Part shown: piece after piece, positions 1 through 8,779 of the stretch
How positions within the stretch are numbered: the stretch's first letter is position 1
Layout of the letters: every line of letters begins with the position of its first letter
Origin: Chlamydiia bacterium
Lineage (GTDB): Bacteria; Chlamydiota; Chlamydiia; Chlamydiales; JBMOFD01
Assembly: GCA_049314435.1 (NCBI GenBank)
Contig: JBMOFD010000060.1
Span: 1-11,875 of the forward strand
Length of the DNA stretch: 11,875 bases
Reading direction: 5' to 3'
Position numbers and translations under genes: made by a program
The notes under the pieces: model-generated
What the model saw: the letters and a program-made list of their open reading frames with translations, nothing else
Told to the model about the DNA's origin: nothing
The model's database searches: none

Positions 1-1214
1 ACTTTTGGAAGATTGGAGGAGGCCTCAGCTCGCTCATCGAGACGATGGAGCCGATATTTCCCAGAGAGAGCATGTGTCATGCTCTCTAAGCTGGGAGTGG
101 CCGTGCCCAGGATGATGCAGGCTCCAGCATTGCGAGCGCGTACGATGGCCACATCGCGGGCATGGACGCAGGGCTCCTCGCTGCTCTTGTAGGAGGTCTC
201 ATGCTCCTCATCGACCACGATGAGACCAAGATCTTGGAGGGGAGCATAGACGACTGACCGAGCCCCGATGGCCACCCGCAGCTCCCCACGACGGAGCTTC
301 TGCCACTGATCGTAGCGCTCGCCGTCGCTCAGGCGATGGTGCAAGATCGCCGCCTGATTGGGGAACCGAGCCCGAAAGCGCTCGACGGCCTGCGTTGTGA
401 GGGCGATCTCTGGGACCATGAGCAAGACAGTACGGCCTTGCTTGAGCGTGGCATCCATCGCCTGGAGATAGACCTCGGTCTTGCCGCTTCCCGTGATCCC
501 ATGGAGAAGATGCACCGCAAAGGAGCGATCCTCGATGTTCGCTTGAATGACATCCAGGGCCGCCTGCTGCTGGACCTTTAACTTCTTAGGTCCCGACAAA
601 AAATACTCTGCCTCTTGAAGAGGGGAGCGATCGAGGGAACAGACGCGTACGTCGATGTGACGCGCCGTCACAAGACGATCCACTGGGCTGCGGGAGACGC
701 CGGCGCGTTCCAAGAGCTCCGTCAGAAGCATCCCCTTCTCCGTCTTCAACAGGACATCCAAGACGAGTGCTTGCTGCGGTCTGGTACGTCGCAGTTCCGA
801 GGCGATCTCGGCAAGCTCCTCTCGGGTGCGAACACGCGTGACAAAGAGCTGCTGCTTCTCTCCCATCTCACTACGAACGGGAGAGGGCACCATCTGTTTT
901 AAGGCCTTGCTGAGAGGGCAGCAATAATAGGCACTGATCCAGTTCGCCAGTTCCAGAAGATCTTTGGGAAGAGAGATGTCTCCGTTGCAGACTCTCTGTA
1001 TGGGCTGCAATGTCTCGAAAGGAGAGCTCTCCTTAAGCCCCATGGCATATCCACGGACCATCCGACCCCTGAGTGGCACTTCTAGACGGTCTCCCTTCGA
1101 CACGCTTCCTATGAGGTGCTCGGGAATACGATAGTCCAACAGGCGATCTAAGGCCTGATCTAAGGCAACTTCAACGATAGCTAAGCGCGTTTCCAAAGGA
1201 GCACCTGATTCCAT
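1..1214 (-). CDS. priA: Primosomal protein N' (replication restart helicase), 5' part; the gene continues past the left edge of the window
   Basis: Manual translation of the minus strand from ATG 1214 (alternative TTG 1196) gives MESGAPLETRLAIVEVALDQALDRLLDYRIP...VPLRGR (3'-DNA-binding domain) and LANWISAYY. In the same frame follow Walker A GITGSGKTEVY (500-468), VPEIALT, GARSAVYAP, Walker B IVVDEEHE (DEEH at 212-201), HARDVA and GTATPSLE. Confidence 0.96.
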   Translation of the reverse strand, partial: MESGAPLETRLAIVEVALDQALDRLLDYRIPEHLIGSVSKGDRLEVPLRGRMVRGYAMGLKESSPFETLQPIQRVCNGDISLPKDLLELANWISAYYCCPLSKALKQMVPSPVRSEMGEKQQLFVTRVRTREELAEIASELRRTRPQQALVLDVLLKTEKGMLLTELLERAGVSRSPVDRLVTARHIDVRVCSLDRSPLQEAEYFLSGPKKLKVQQQAALDVIQANIEDRSFAVHLLHGITGSGKTEVYLQAMDATLKQGRTVLLMVPEIALTTQAVERFRARFPNQAAILHHRLSDGERYDQWQKLRRGELRVAIGARSVVYAPLQDLGLIVVDEEHETSYKSSEEPCVHARDVAIVRARNAGACIILGTATPSLESMTHALSGKYRLHRLDERAEASSNLPK

Positions 1215-1972
1215 AGAGCCCGCTTCAAGGAGGGATCGCCCTCATAGGCCGACCACGGCTCTAAGACCATGACGGGGCGATCGAAAAGGGTGGAGACCGG
1301 TCCCACTCGTCGGATCTTGCCCGTGATGGAGGGGAGCGCTGACTGGGCCTCATGACTGAGAATCACAAGACGGACTTCTGGATGCTGGATCTTGGCCATC
1401 GCCAGTTCCCAGCTGCTAATCTCAACCAGAGGAACGAGGACAACGGGGCAACAGTACTGCGCAATGGCTTGGGTGAAGCGCTCGAAGAAAGGTACAGGCG
1501 CACCTGGAGGGCTGATCACCAGGACGTCAGCACAGCAGGCGCGTGTTCTCCACTGGTGCCGGAGACGACGTGCTTCACCATCCTCCAGATTCCCCGTGGG
1601 CGGAACCCCGAAAGGTTGCGAAGAGAGCAAGAGACTGAGATCGGACCAACCTTCAGTTTCTGAACCGGGAGTGAACTCCAGAGAAAAAGGCTTGCCAGGG
1701 ATCTGCAGCGTGGGTGGCAGTACGGTCGTTTCGGGCGTCGCCACAGGAGTTGCCATTGACGGAGCTGCTGACCTCGTAGCTTGGGCAGGACGATTCCGTT
1801 CAGCAAGAGGTGGGTGCTGTTCCGTACGAGCGGACTGTGCAGGTGGGAGTACAGGGGCCTGACGCCGGGGAAGAGCCTCCTTCCCCAGCCACTCCAGCAG
1901 AGCGGAGGCCACCTCATGCAGCTCCGCCACGGCAGAGCCTTGCCTACTCAACATATGATCAGCTCCCACCAC
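1181..1972 (-). CDS. Conserved hypothetical protein; Pro/Ala/Thr-rich linker plus a C-terminal domain resembling a degenerate UDG-family-4/HolD-like fold
   Basis: 263-aa ORF filling the gap between ftsY and priA on the same strand (12-nt gap to ftsY, overlaps the priA start). C-terminus is PVMVLEPWSAYEGDPSLKRALWNQV. The start may be GTG 1972 or ATG 1954. Confidence 0.75.
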   Translation of the reverse strand: MVGADHMLSRQGSAVAELHEVASALLEWLGKEALPRRQAPVLPPAQSARTEQHPPLAERNRPAQATRSAAPSMATPVATPETTVLPPTLQIPGKPFSLEFTPGSETEGWSDLSLLLSSQPFGVPPTGNLEDGEARRLRHQWRTRACCADVLVISPPGAPVPFFERFTQAIAQYCCPVVLVPLVEISSWELAMAKIQHPEVRLVILSHEAQSALPSITGKIRRVGPVSTLFDRPVMVLEPWSAYEGDPSLKRALWNQVLLWKRA

Positions 1973-1984
1973 ACTCGCCGCCTA

Positions 1985-2908
1985 CTAGAAGTCTAGCATC
2001 CCCTTGAGATAGGCGTCGGGATCAAAGAGCTCAAGGTCCTCCTCACTCTCTCCTGTGCCGATATAGCGGATCGGAATGTGGCAGCCATTCCACAATGCGA
2101 TCGCCATCCCACCCTTGGCTGTCCCATCCAGCTTCGTGATCACTACACCTGTGAGGGGTGTGTGTTGGTGGAATACAGTCGCTTGGTCCAGGGCGTTTTG
2201 CCCGGTCGTGGCCTCCACGATCAGCAACGTTTCATGAGGAGCCTGCGGGAGCACTTTCGCACAGGTGCGGCGCACCTTAGCCAGCTCATGCATCAGGCCC
2301 TCTTTGTTCTGAAGGCGTCCTGCCGTGTCGATCAGCACGACATCGACACCTCGAGCCACAGCCGCTTGGCAGGCATCAAACGCAACAGCGGCAGGATCCC
2401 CACCCTGTGGGCCTCGAACAAAGTCACAGGCCAAGCGTGTGGCCCAGATCTGCAGCTGTTCGCTGGCAGCAGCCCGAAACGTATCTGCCGCGGCTAAAAG
2501 CACCTTCAGACCCTGTTCACGCAATTGGTGAGCGATCTTGGCGATCGTCGTGGTCTTGCCATTTCCATTCGCCCCCGTGATGAGCACGACTGTGGGACCT
2601 GCAGAGGCTAGCTGCAAGGGCTTCCCAGCAGGAGGCATGCGCTGGGCGATCTCCTTCTTAAGGAGCTCCATCACAGCATCGGTCGACGGTTCTCCTAGAC
2701 GGCGAGCTCCTTCCACGACAGCGCGAGCAATGGTGGTCGAGCTCGCTACGCCAAAGTCCGCCTCATAGAGGATCCTCTCCAATTCGTCCTGAGTCTCCCC
2801 ACAGAGAGGGGCACTGAAGATACGGCGTAACCCCGTACGTAGAAAATCACGTGTCTTGAGTAGCGCATCCTGCAATCTGCGGAGGCTACGACGAAATATA
2901 GAAAACAT
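1985..2908 (-). CDS. ftsY: Signal recognition particle receptor FtsY (NG domain only, no long acidic A domain)
   Basis: Motifs LYEADFGV, GANGNGKTTTIAK, DTFRAAA, DPAAVAFDA, DTAGRLQ, TKLDGTAKGG and GTGE..DL..FDP. Confidence 0.97.
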   Translation of the reverse strand: MFSIFRRSLRRLQDALLKTRDFLRTGLRRIFSAPLCGETQDELERILYEADFGVASSTTIARAVVEGARRLGEPSTDAVMELLKKEIAQRMPPAGKPLQLASAGPTVVLITGANGNGKTTTIAKIAHQLREQGLKVLLAAADTFRAAASEQLQIWATRLACDFVRGPQGGDPAAVAFDACQAAVARGVDVVLIDTAGRLQNKEGLMHELAKVRRTCAKVLPQAPHETLLIVEATTGQNALDQATVFHQHTPLTGVVITKLDGTAKGGMAIALWNGCHIPIRYIGTGESEEDLELFDPDAYLKGMLDF

Positions 2909-2984
2909 TTATTTTATAGTTTGTTGCCAGGAATAGGACTGTACCAGATAAGAAGAAATCATCCTACAGTGGAAGGGGGTAGGC
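2909..2984. promoter_or_regulatory. Short AT-rich divergent intergenic region, probably holding the ftsY and sucC promoters and the sucC RBS
   Basis: 76-nt gap between divergent starts; AT-rich stretch TTATTTTATAGTTT; purine-rich GGAAGGGGG upstream of GTG 2985. Individual boxes were not assigned. Confidence 0.5.
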
Positions 2985-4154
2985 GTGCATCTGCATGAGT
3001 ACCAGGCAAAGGAACTTCTTAAAGTCCATGGGGTGACCTCTCCTCCCTTCGTGGTGATCGACCGACTGGCCCTCGTCTCTGCGGCCTTGAAAGAGCTCGG
3101 GACTCAGGATGCTGTGGTCAAGGTACAGGTCCATGCTGGAGGACGCGGAAAGGCGGGCGGAGTGCGCATGGCTCGTGGATCTAGCGCAGTGAACAATGCT
3201 GTGGATGCCCTCCTGGGGTTACGGATTGTGAATGAGCAGACCGGGCCAGCGGGGCTGGTTGCTGAGAAGGTTTTGCTCACCCCACCCGTAGCGATTGCGA
3301 GGGAATTCTACCTGGCGATCACAATCGATCGTGGGCTTGGGAAGGCTGTGTTGATGCTCTCCGCAGAAGGGGGCATGGACATCGAAGAGGTTGCTGTCAC
3401 CCAGCCTCATCGAGTTCTCCGTCAAATCATCCCCTCGAATGGAAAGCTGTGGGGCTATCAAATCACAAACCTGGTGCATCTCCTGGAGCTCTCTGGGCCG
3501 GCAGCCACCCAATGCGCCGATCTTCTGCAGAGAGTGGTGACCTGTTTTTTGGAAAACGATTGTAGCCTGCTCGAGATCAATCCCCTGGTTCTCACTGAAG
3601 AGGGGCAACTGCTTGCCCTCGATGCCAAGATGTCGATCGATGACAATGCCCTTTATCGACATGTGAAGCTGAGTGAGTGGTTTGATCCATCGCAGCTCGC
3701 TCCTCAGGAAGTGCAAGCGCGAGCCCATGACCTTTCCTACGTCGCCTTGGATGGCGAAATCGGGTGTATGGTCAACGGTGCAGGTCTGGCCATGGCCACC
3801 ATGGATGTGATCCAGCAAGTGGGGGGGCGTCCAGCTAACTTCCTCGACGTAGGGGGCAGTGCTACCCGTGACAAGGTGGCAGAAGCGTTTCGTATCATCG
3901 CTCAGGATCCGAAGGTGAAGGCCATCCTGGTCAACATCTTTGGCGGCATCATGAATTGCGTGGTGATTGCCGAGGGGATCTTAGAGGCGATGCAATCGCT
4001 GGACCTCAAAATTCCCCTTGTGGTTCGCCTTGAGGGCACTCAGGTGGAAGAAGCGCGTAAGATCTTACAGATGTCGGGGCTCCCGATTGAGAGCGCAAGC
4101 CATCTGGATGAGGCGGCTCGCCGCGTTGTCCAGAGAGCAGGGGAGCGGAGGTAG
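2985..4154 (+). CDS. sucC: Succinyl-CoA synthetase beta subunit
   Basis: [79 protein letters not shown] and VVRLEGT. Confidence 0.98.
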   Translation: MHLHEYQAKELLKVHGVTSPPFVVIDRLALVSAALKELGTQDAVVKVQVHAGGRGKAGGVRMARGSSAVNNAVDALLGLRIVNEQTGPAGLVAEKVLLTPPVAIAREFYLAITIDRGLGKAVLMLSAEGGMDIEEVAVTQPHRVLRQIIPSNGKLWGYQITNLVHLLELSGPAATQCADLLQRVVTCFLENDCSLLEINPLVLTEEGQLLALDAKMSIDDNALYRHVKLSEWFDPSQLAPQEVQARAHDLSYVALDGEIGCMVNGAGLAMATMDVIQQVGGRPANFLDVGGSATRDKVAEAFRIIAQDPKVKAILVNIFGGIMNCVVIAEGILEAMQSLDLKIPLVVRLEGTQVEEARKILQMSGLPIESASHLDEAARRVVQRAGERR

Positions 4155-4158
4155 GCAG

Positions 4159-5034
4159 ATGGGCATCTTGATCGGAAGCGAGACACGCGTGATGTGCCAA
4201 GGCATCACAGGCCGCTCTGGACGATTTCATACGGAGCAGTGCCGTCAATATGGCACTCGCATCATAGCTGGCGTGACACCTGGCAAAGGCGGCCTAGAGG
4301 TAGAAGGTCTTCCTGTCTTTGATAGTGTGCGTCAGGCGATGGCCCAAGTAGGCCCGATCGATGCCACCATGATCTTTGTTCCTGCTCCCTTTGCGGCAGA
4401 AGCGATTTTGGAAGCGGAAGAGGCTGGAGTCCCGCTGATCATTGCGATCACAGAGGGGATCCCGGTCCGCGACATGCTAGAAGTGAGTCGTGTCATGAAG
4501 GCCTCCGCGACCTCCAGGCTGATAGGGCCCAATTGCCCTGGAGTGATCACGCCGGGTGCCTGCAAGATTGGCATTATGCCTGGATATATCCATAAACCTG
4601 GTCGCGTAGGGATCGTCAGTCGATCAGGCACACTGACCTATGAGGCGGTCTGGCAAACCACGCAGCTTGGTTTAGGACAGTCGACCTGTGTAGGCATTGG
4701 AGGGGATCCCCTCAATGGTACACACTTTGTAGACGTCCTCAAACTCTTTGAAGGGGACCCTCAGACAGAGGCGATCCTCCTGATCGGTGAGATTGGCGGT
4801 ACGGCCGAAGAAGAGGCCGCCGCTTGGATACGAGCCCATGGATCCAAGCCAGTCGCTGCCTATATTGCAGGGCAGAGTGCACCCCCGGGGAGGCGCATGG
4901 GTCATGCCGGCGCCATCATCTCTGGGGCGAGTGGCACAGCTGCTGGGAAGATGTCTGCTTTACGAGAGGCGGGTGTCACGGTAGCGATCTCTCCTGCAGA
5001 CATGGGTCAAGCCGTACAATCAGCGATGAGGTAA
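4159..5034 (+). CDS. sucD: Succinyl-CoA synthetase alpha subunit
   Basis: The likely start is ATG 4159 ([18 protein letters not shown]), 4 nt after the sucC stop, rather than the ORF-track start at 4018. Motifs [29 protein letters not shown] and the phospho-His loop RMGHAGAI. Confidence 0.98.
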   Translation: MGILIGSETRVMCQGITGRSGRFHTEQCRQYGTRIIAGVTPGKGGLEVEGLPVFDSVRQAMAQVGPIDATMIFVPAPFAAEAILEAEEAGVPLIIAITEGIPVRDMLEVSRVMKASATSRLIGPNCPGVITPGACKIGIMPGYIHKPGRVGIVSRSGTLTYEAVWQTTQLGLGQSTCVGIGGDPLNGTHFVDVLKLFEGDPQTEAILLIGEIGGTAEEEAAAWIRAHGSKPVAAYIAGQSAPPGRRMGHAGAIISGASGTAAGKMSALREAGVTVAISPADMGQAVQSAMR

Positions 5035-5037
5035 GAG

Positions 5038-6216
5038 ATGGAGATGCAAGGAAAAGTCCCACTCGTCATTCGTCCAGGCTTCTGGCTGGCTAGCGCCTTG
5101 CTTGGCTGGCTGGCCACTTCAGATATCAAGCTGACCTTGATCTGGGTGAGCGTGATCCTGATCTCTGTCCTTGTGCATGAATTGGGCCATGCTCTGGCTT
5201 ATCTCCTATTCGGAAAGCAGAGTGTCATTGAGCTCAACCTGCTCGGGGGAGCGACCATCCCTGTGCACACTGGAGAGCGCCAGTGCCCCCTGAAGACTTG
5301 GCAGACCCTGCTGGTTGAAGTGGCTGGCCCCTGCGGGGGACTGCTTCTTGTGGCCCTCTCGGCCATTCTCGGCGGGACCTTGAATGGGATCGTGCTTGCA
5401 GAGGGCGCAACCCTCTGGATGTATACCCTCAATCTGTTCCTAGCTCTGAACGTTCTATGGTCCATCGCTAACCTCCTTCCCGTCCTTCCTCTAGATGGTG
5501 GACATGTGATGCGCACGATCATCACAGCCATCTGGGGTCCTGGCTCCGTTCGATGGGCCTTTCTGATGAGCGTTGTGTTTGGACTGGCCGGGGCCGTGAT
5601 CACGTTTGTCATGGGCTATGTTCTTGCCACGCTGCTCTTTGGACTGCTCGCGGTGCAGAATGGAGTGGCCTGGTGGTCCAGTCGCGACTTTGTGGCCGGA
5701 GATCTTGATGACGAGCTCCGGGAGGAACTCGAGCAGGCCTTTGAAGAGGTGATCACCAAACAGTACCCAGCGGCTCAAGCGCACTTTAAAGACGTGATCC
5801 AACGGGCTCCAGGGGGCATGCTCTCCTTGGTTGCGCAGGAGCAATTGGCTGAACTAGAGCATCGACAAGGTCACCTGGAAGCAGCCTACGCGCTCCTCAA
5901 TCCTTCAATTCCTAAGCTCTCGGCTGAAGCTTTGATTCTCTTCCATGAGTTGGCCTGCACGCTACACCACTGGGATCAGGTCGTGTCGGTAGGCGATATG
6001 TGCTTCCGAGAGGCGCCTAATGAGATGGTGGCCCTGAGGAATAGCCTGGCTTACGCCATGCTAAAGAAACCTCTCGAGTCGATGCACTGGTTTGAGGCGT
6101 CTTGGGAAAATGGGTTGCCAGAGCCGCTACAGGCGCTACAACGACCTGAGTACGAGGCGATCCGATCCTCGCCCGAATTCCAGCATGTGAAAGAGATGTT
6201 AGCGCGCTCAGCATGA
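5038..6216 (+). CDS. Site-2 (M50 family) membrane zinc metalloprotease with a C-terminal TPR-like helical domain
   Basis: HELGH zinc motif inside a hydrophobic segment; AGP motif; NLLPVLPLDGG (NPDG-type third ligand); several TM stretches; soluble Ala/Leu-rich helical-repeat C-terminus of about 170 aa. Starts 3 nt after the sucD stop. Confidence 0.9.
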   Translation: MEMQGKVPLVIRPGFWLASALLGWLATSDIKLTLIWVSVILISVLVHELGHALAYLLFGKQSVIELNLLGGATIPVHTGERQCPLKTWQTLLVEVAGPCGGLLLVALSAILGGTLNGIVLAEGATLWMYTLNLFLALNVLWSIANLLPVLPLDGGHVMRTIITAIWGPGSVRWAFLMSVVFGLAGAVITFVMGYVLATLLFGLLAVQNGVAWWSSRDFVAGDLDDELREELEQAFEEVITKQYPAAQAHFKDVIQRAPGGMLSLVAQEQLAELEHRQGHLEAAYALLNPSIPKLSAEALILFHELACTLHHWDQVVSVGDMCFREAPNEMVALRNSLAYAMLKKPLESMHWFEASWENGLPEPLQALQRPEYEAIRSSPEFQHVKEMLARSA

Positions 6217-6219
6217 GCG

Positions 6220-6253
6220 AAAGAGAAAGCTGGAGGACGAAGCGTCCTCCAGC
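6220..6253 (-). terminator. Intrinsic terminator between the convergent M50 protease and htrA genes
   Basis: Perfect 11-bp stem GCTGGAGGACG (6229-6239) / CGTCCTCCAGC (6243-6253). The adjacent AAAGAGAAA reads TTTCTCTTT on the minus strand, 3' of the stem for htrA transcripts. Confidence 0.8.
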
Positions 6254-6271
6254 AAATACTACCTCACAAAT

Positions 6272-7669
6272 CTATTCAAGACGCAGAGCAAAGAGTCTGG
6301 ACTGTCGGCCATCAGTGGCCACGACGAGGATGCTCTTCTGATCTTGTAGATTCCCCAACTGATCATGAATTTCCTGCACAGAATGCACGGGCTGTCTCTG
6401 CACCTGCTGGATCACCATGCCGGGGCGTAGGCCAGCCGCGTAGGCCTTGGAGCCCTTTTGCACCTGTTGAACGACCACGCCTCCACTGGGGCATCGAGTC
6501 GCCTCTTTAGCCTGCAGATCGCGTAGATCGAGGCCTAAGTTCTCCAGGAGGTCGGACGGGGAGACTGAGCTAGGGTGAGTGCCCAGCGTAGCCGTAATGG
6601 TCATCGCCTCACCATTGCGGATGATCTTCATCGCAAGACGGGTGCCAGGAGCCATTAACGCAATGTGGTTACGAAGAGCTCCTATGGAGGTGACAGGCTT
6701 ATCGTTGTAGGCAACGATCACGTCACCCTGCTGCATGCCAGCTTCTGCTGCGGGACTTGTAGGTCCTACATCAGCCACCAGAGCGCCATCGCAGTCATTG
6801 AGACCGAGAGCCTCGCAGAGATCAGCATCAAGAGGCTGCATGTAGATGCCCAGGTACCCACGGGTTACACTGCCCTTGGAGATGAGCTGATCCATCACAT
6901 GCTTGGCCATATTGCTAGGGATCGCCAATCCAATGCCCATGTAACCGCCCATGCCTGGTCGTGTGAGGATCGCGGTGTTCACGCCAATCACTTTCGCATC
7001 GAGATTCAGCAGAGGACCACCTGAGTTCCCTGGGTTGATGGCCGCATCGGTCTGGATGAAGTCATCAAAGTCGGTGATGCGCAGATTCTGACGGCCCTTG
7101 CCAGAGACCACGCCTACGGTTAGAGAGGCTTCCAGCTCGAAGGGACTGCCGATCGCAGCCACCCACTCCCCAATTTGCACCTCTTCTGAGTCAGCAAAGG
7201 TGAGGAAAGGCAGGTTATTGCCTTCGATCTTGATGATCCCTATGTCGGTATGAGGATCGGCTCCCACTACGGAGGCAGGGAACTCGCGGCCGTTGATGAG
7301 CACGACGGTGATCGTCTTGGCGTCTTTGATCACATGGTGGTTGGTGAGGATGTAGCCATCTGGACTCACGATGAAGCCGGAACCTCGTGCTGCGGCCTGT
7401 TTCGGCTGACGAGGTGCGGGACGTTGGCCAAAGTAGCGCTCGAAGAGATCGTCGCCGAAGACTCCATAGGGGTCGTCCGCGGAGTAATAATCTGTCCCGC
7501 TACCGGGAACCAGCTGGATCTTGAGATAGACCACGGCTGGCATCGACTTCTGGGCTACTTCGCAGAAATTCAGAGATTGTTTGCCGATTATTGGACAGGA
7601 CGTCTCTGTAGCGAAGGCAGGGGTGAGAGAGCACAAGGGCAAAAGCCCCAAGAGAAGGCGGGCAAGCAT
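6272..7669 (-). CDS. htrA: HtrA/DegP/DegQ periplasmic serine protease with two PDZ domains
   Basis: Signal-peptide-like start at ATG 7669 (MLARLLLGLLPLCSLTPAFA). Motifs GSGFIVSPDGYILTNHHV, DPHTDIGIIK, QTDAAINPGNSGGPL, RGYLGI (PDZ1), and a second PDZ (LGLDL...AGLRPGMVI). The ORF-track start at 7765 is probably too long. Confidence 0.96.
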   Translation of the reverse strand: MLARLLLGLLPLCSLTPAFATETSCPIIGKQSLNFCEVAQKSMPAVVYLKIQLVPGSGTDYYSADDPYGVFGDDLFERYFGQRPAPRQPKQAAARGSGFIVSPDGYILTNHHVIKDAKTITVVLINGREFPASVVGADPHTDIGIIKIEGNNLPFLTFADSEEVQIGEWVAAIGSPFELEASLTVGVVSGKGRQNLRITDFDDFIQTDAAINPGNSGGPLLNLDAKVIGVNTAILTRPGMGGYMGIGLAIPSNMAKHVMDQLISKGSVTRGYLGIYMQPLDADLCEALGLNDCDGALVADVGPTSPAAEAGMQQGDVIVAYNDKPVTSIGALRNHIALMAPGTRLAMKIIRNGEAMTITATLGTHPSSVSPSDLLENLGLDLRDLQAKEATRCPSGGVVVQQVQKGSKAYAAGLRPGMVIQQVQRQPVHSVQEIHDQLGNLQDQKSILVVATDGRQSRLFALRLE

Positions 7670-8016
7670 GCGAATGTTCCTCGAGTTTTCTGAATGAGGG
7701 GAGAAAGACGGTGCTGGACCCCGCTTTTCCCCTGCGTCGAGCCATAGGGATGTTGACGACCACAATCCCTGACGAAATCCCTGCTATCGGGGTCTCCTAG
7801 TCAGAGACAGAGACAAAAGCCGAGGGATACCCTTCAGCCTGACGATCCCCTATGGGGGGTAACGCGTCTGCATCGTAGCATAGGGTCAGTATTTTGCTGG
7901 AGCGGCCCTCCTTCTGGTTGCCAGAGAGCGTTCGTGAAGAGATTTCTTCCAACGCGTATATTTGGCGCTGGCTCGGTGTAATGCGCCAGGCCTAAACATC
8001 GCTTGGATTTTCGATC

Positions 8017-8769
8017 ATGCAGAAGCTTTTGGATGTTGCGTTCTTGTACAGCTTGGTTGAATTTCCTCAGGTAGAGGCCGTTTGGTTGTATGGTTCGCGG
8101 CAATCGCAGCCTGTGCGGCCTGAGGCCGATATCGACTTAGCTATCTATTGCCCAACGGCCTCTCCTGAACAGTGGTCAGAGATATTGGCCCTGTTGGATC
8201 AACAAAGGAACTTTGTTCCAATGGATGTGGTTCGACTGGACAGCTTGGATCATGGACATCCACTAAGAGCGAACATCGAGCGCCAGCACGTCACATTATT
8301 TCAAAAAGACGGGCCAACCCCTTTGGGTTTTGAGCGGCGCTTGGTTCAGTGGGCTCAGACGCTCAGTAATCTGAGAAGGGCCATACAGGCCGGCAATCCG
8401 GATCCCTATACGGAGCGAGGCTGTGAGCACATGGAGGCCTCTGTTAAGCGATTTGAGTTGGCCTGGGAGCTTTGCTGGAAGACGCTTCAGAAGATTTTGG
8501 ATAGGGAGGGGTTACCTGCGGCAGGCCCTCGGCCCGTGATGCAAAATGCCTTTCAGCTTCAGCTCCTTCCTGCGCCTTTTCTATGGCAGCAGATGCTCGA
8601 GTCAAGGAACTTGGCCGCTCACATGTATTCTCCACTGGATGCCATGCAGCTTTACGAACTGCTTCCGTCCTACCTACAGCAGTTCCTGGCCCTTTATGAG
8701 TTGATCTCTCGTAGGTACGAGATTCGAGGTCCATTAGAATTGGCCGAGGGGTCAGGGATAGGGATATAG
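8017..8769 (+). CDS. Fused minimal nucleotidyltransferase (MNT) + HEPN (HI0074-like) protein; single-chain type VII toxin-antitoxin-like module
   Basis: N-terminal LYGSRQSQPVRPEADIDLAI matches GSX10DXD (G26,S27,D38,D40), with a later MDVV acidic residue. C-terminal VKRFELAWELCWKTLQKIL...PRPVMQNAFQ...WQQMLESRNLAAHMY matches HEPN RX4HXY (R197,H202,Y204). No stop codon separates the domains. Confidence 0.88.
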   Translation: MQKLLDVAFLYSLVEFPQVEAVWLYGSRQSQPVRPEADIDLAIYCPTASPEQWSEILALLDQQRNFVPMDVVRLDSLDHGHPLRANIERQHVTLFQKDGPTPLGFERRLVQWAQTLSNLRRAIQAGNPDPYTERGCEHMEASVKRFELAWELCWKTLQKILDREGLPAAGPRPVMQNAFQLQLLPAPFLWQQMLESRNLAAHMYSPLDAMQLYELLPSYLQQFLALYELISRRYEIRGPLELAEGSGIGI

Positions 8770-8779
8770 ATGCTCTAGT

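Noticed and set aside
86..902. Short ORFs 86-289, 329-553, 336-581 and 615-902
   Set aside because: All overlap priA in other frames or antisense; the priA frame carries the complete set of helicase motifs.
4018..4158. N-terminal extension of sucD in the ORF track
   Set aside because: It overlaps the sucC 3' end; family homology starts at ATG 4159.
1352..7763. Many antisense or alternate-frame ORFs inside the hypothetical gene, ftsY, sucC, sucD, the M50 gene and htrA
   Set aside because: Shadow ORFs expected in GC-rich coding DNA; no motifs or RBS support.
7670..8016. htrA N-terminal extension, ORF 7834-8103, and a possible CIRCE/HrcA heat-shock operator upstream of htrA
   Set aside because: The signal peptide begins at 7669; the short ORF overlaps the MNT-HEPN gene antisense; no TTAGCACTC-N9-GAGTGCTAA motif was seen.
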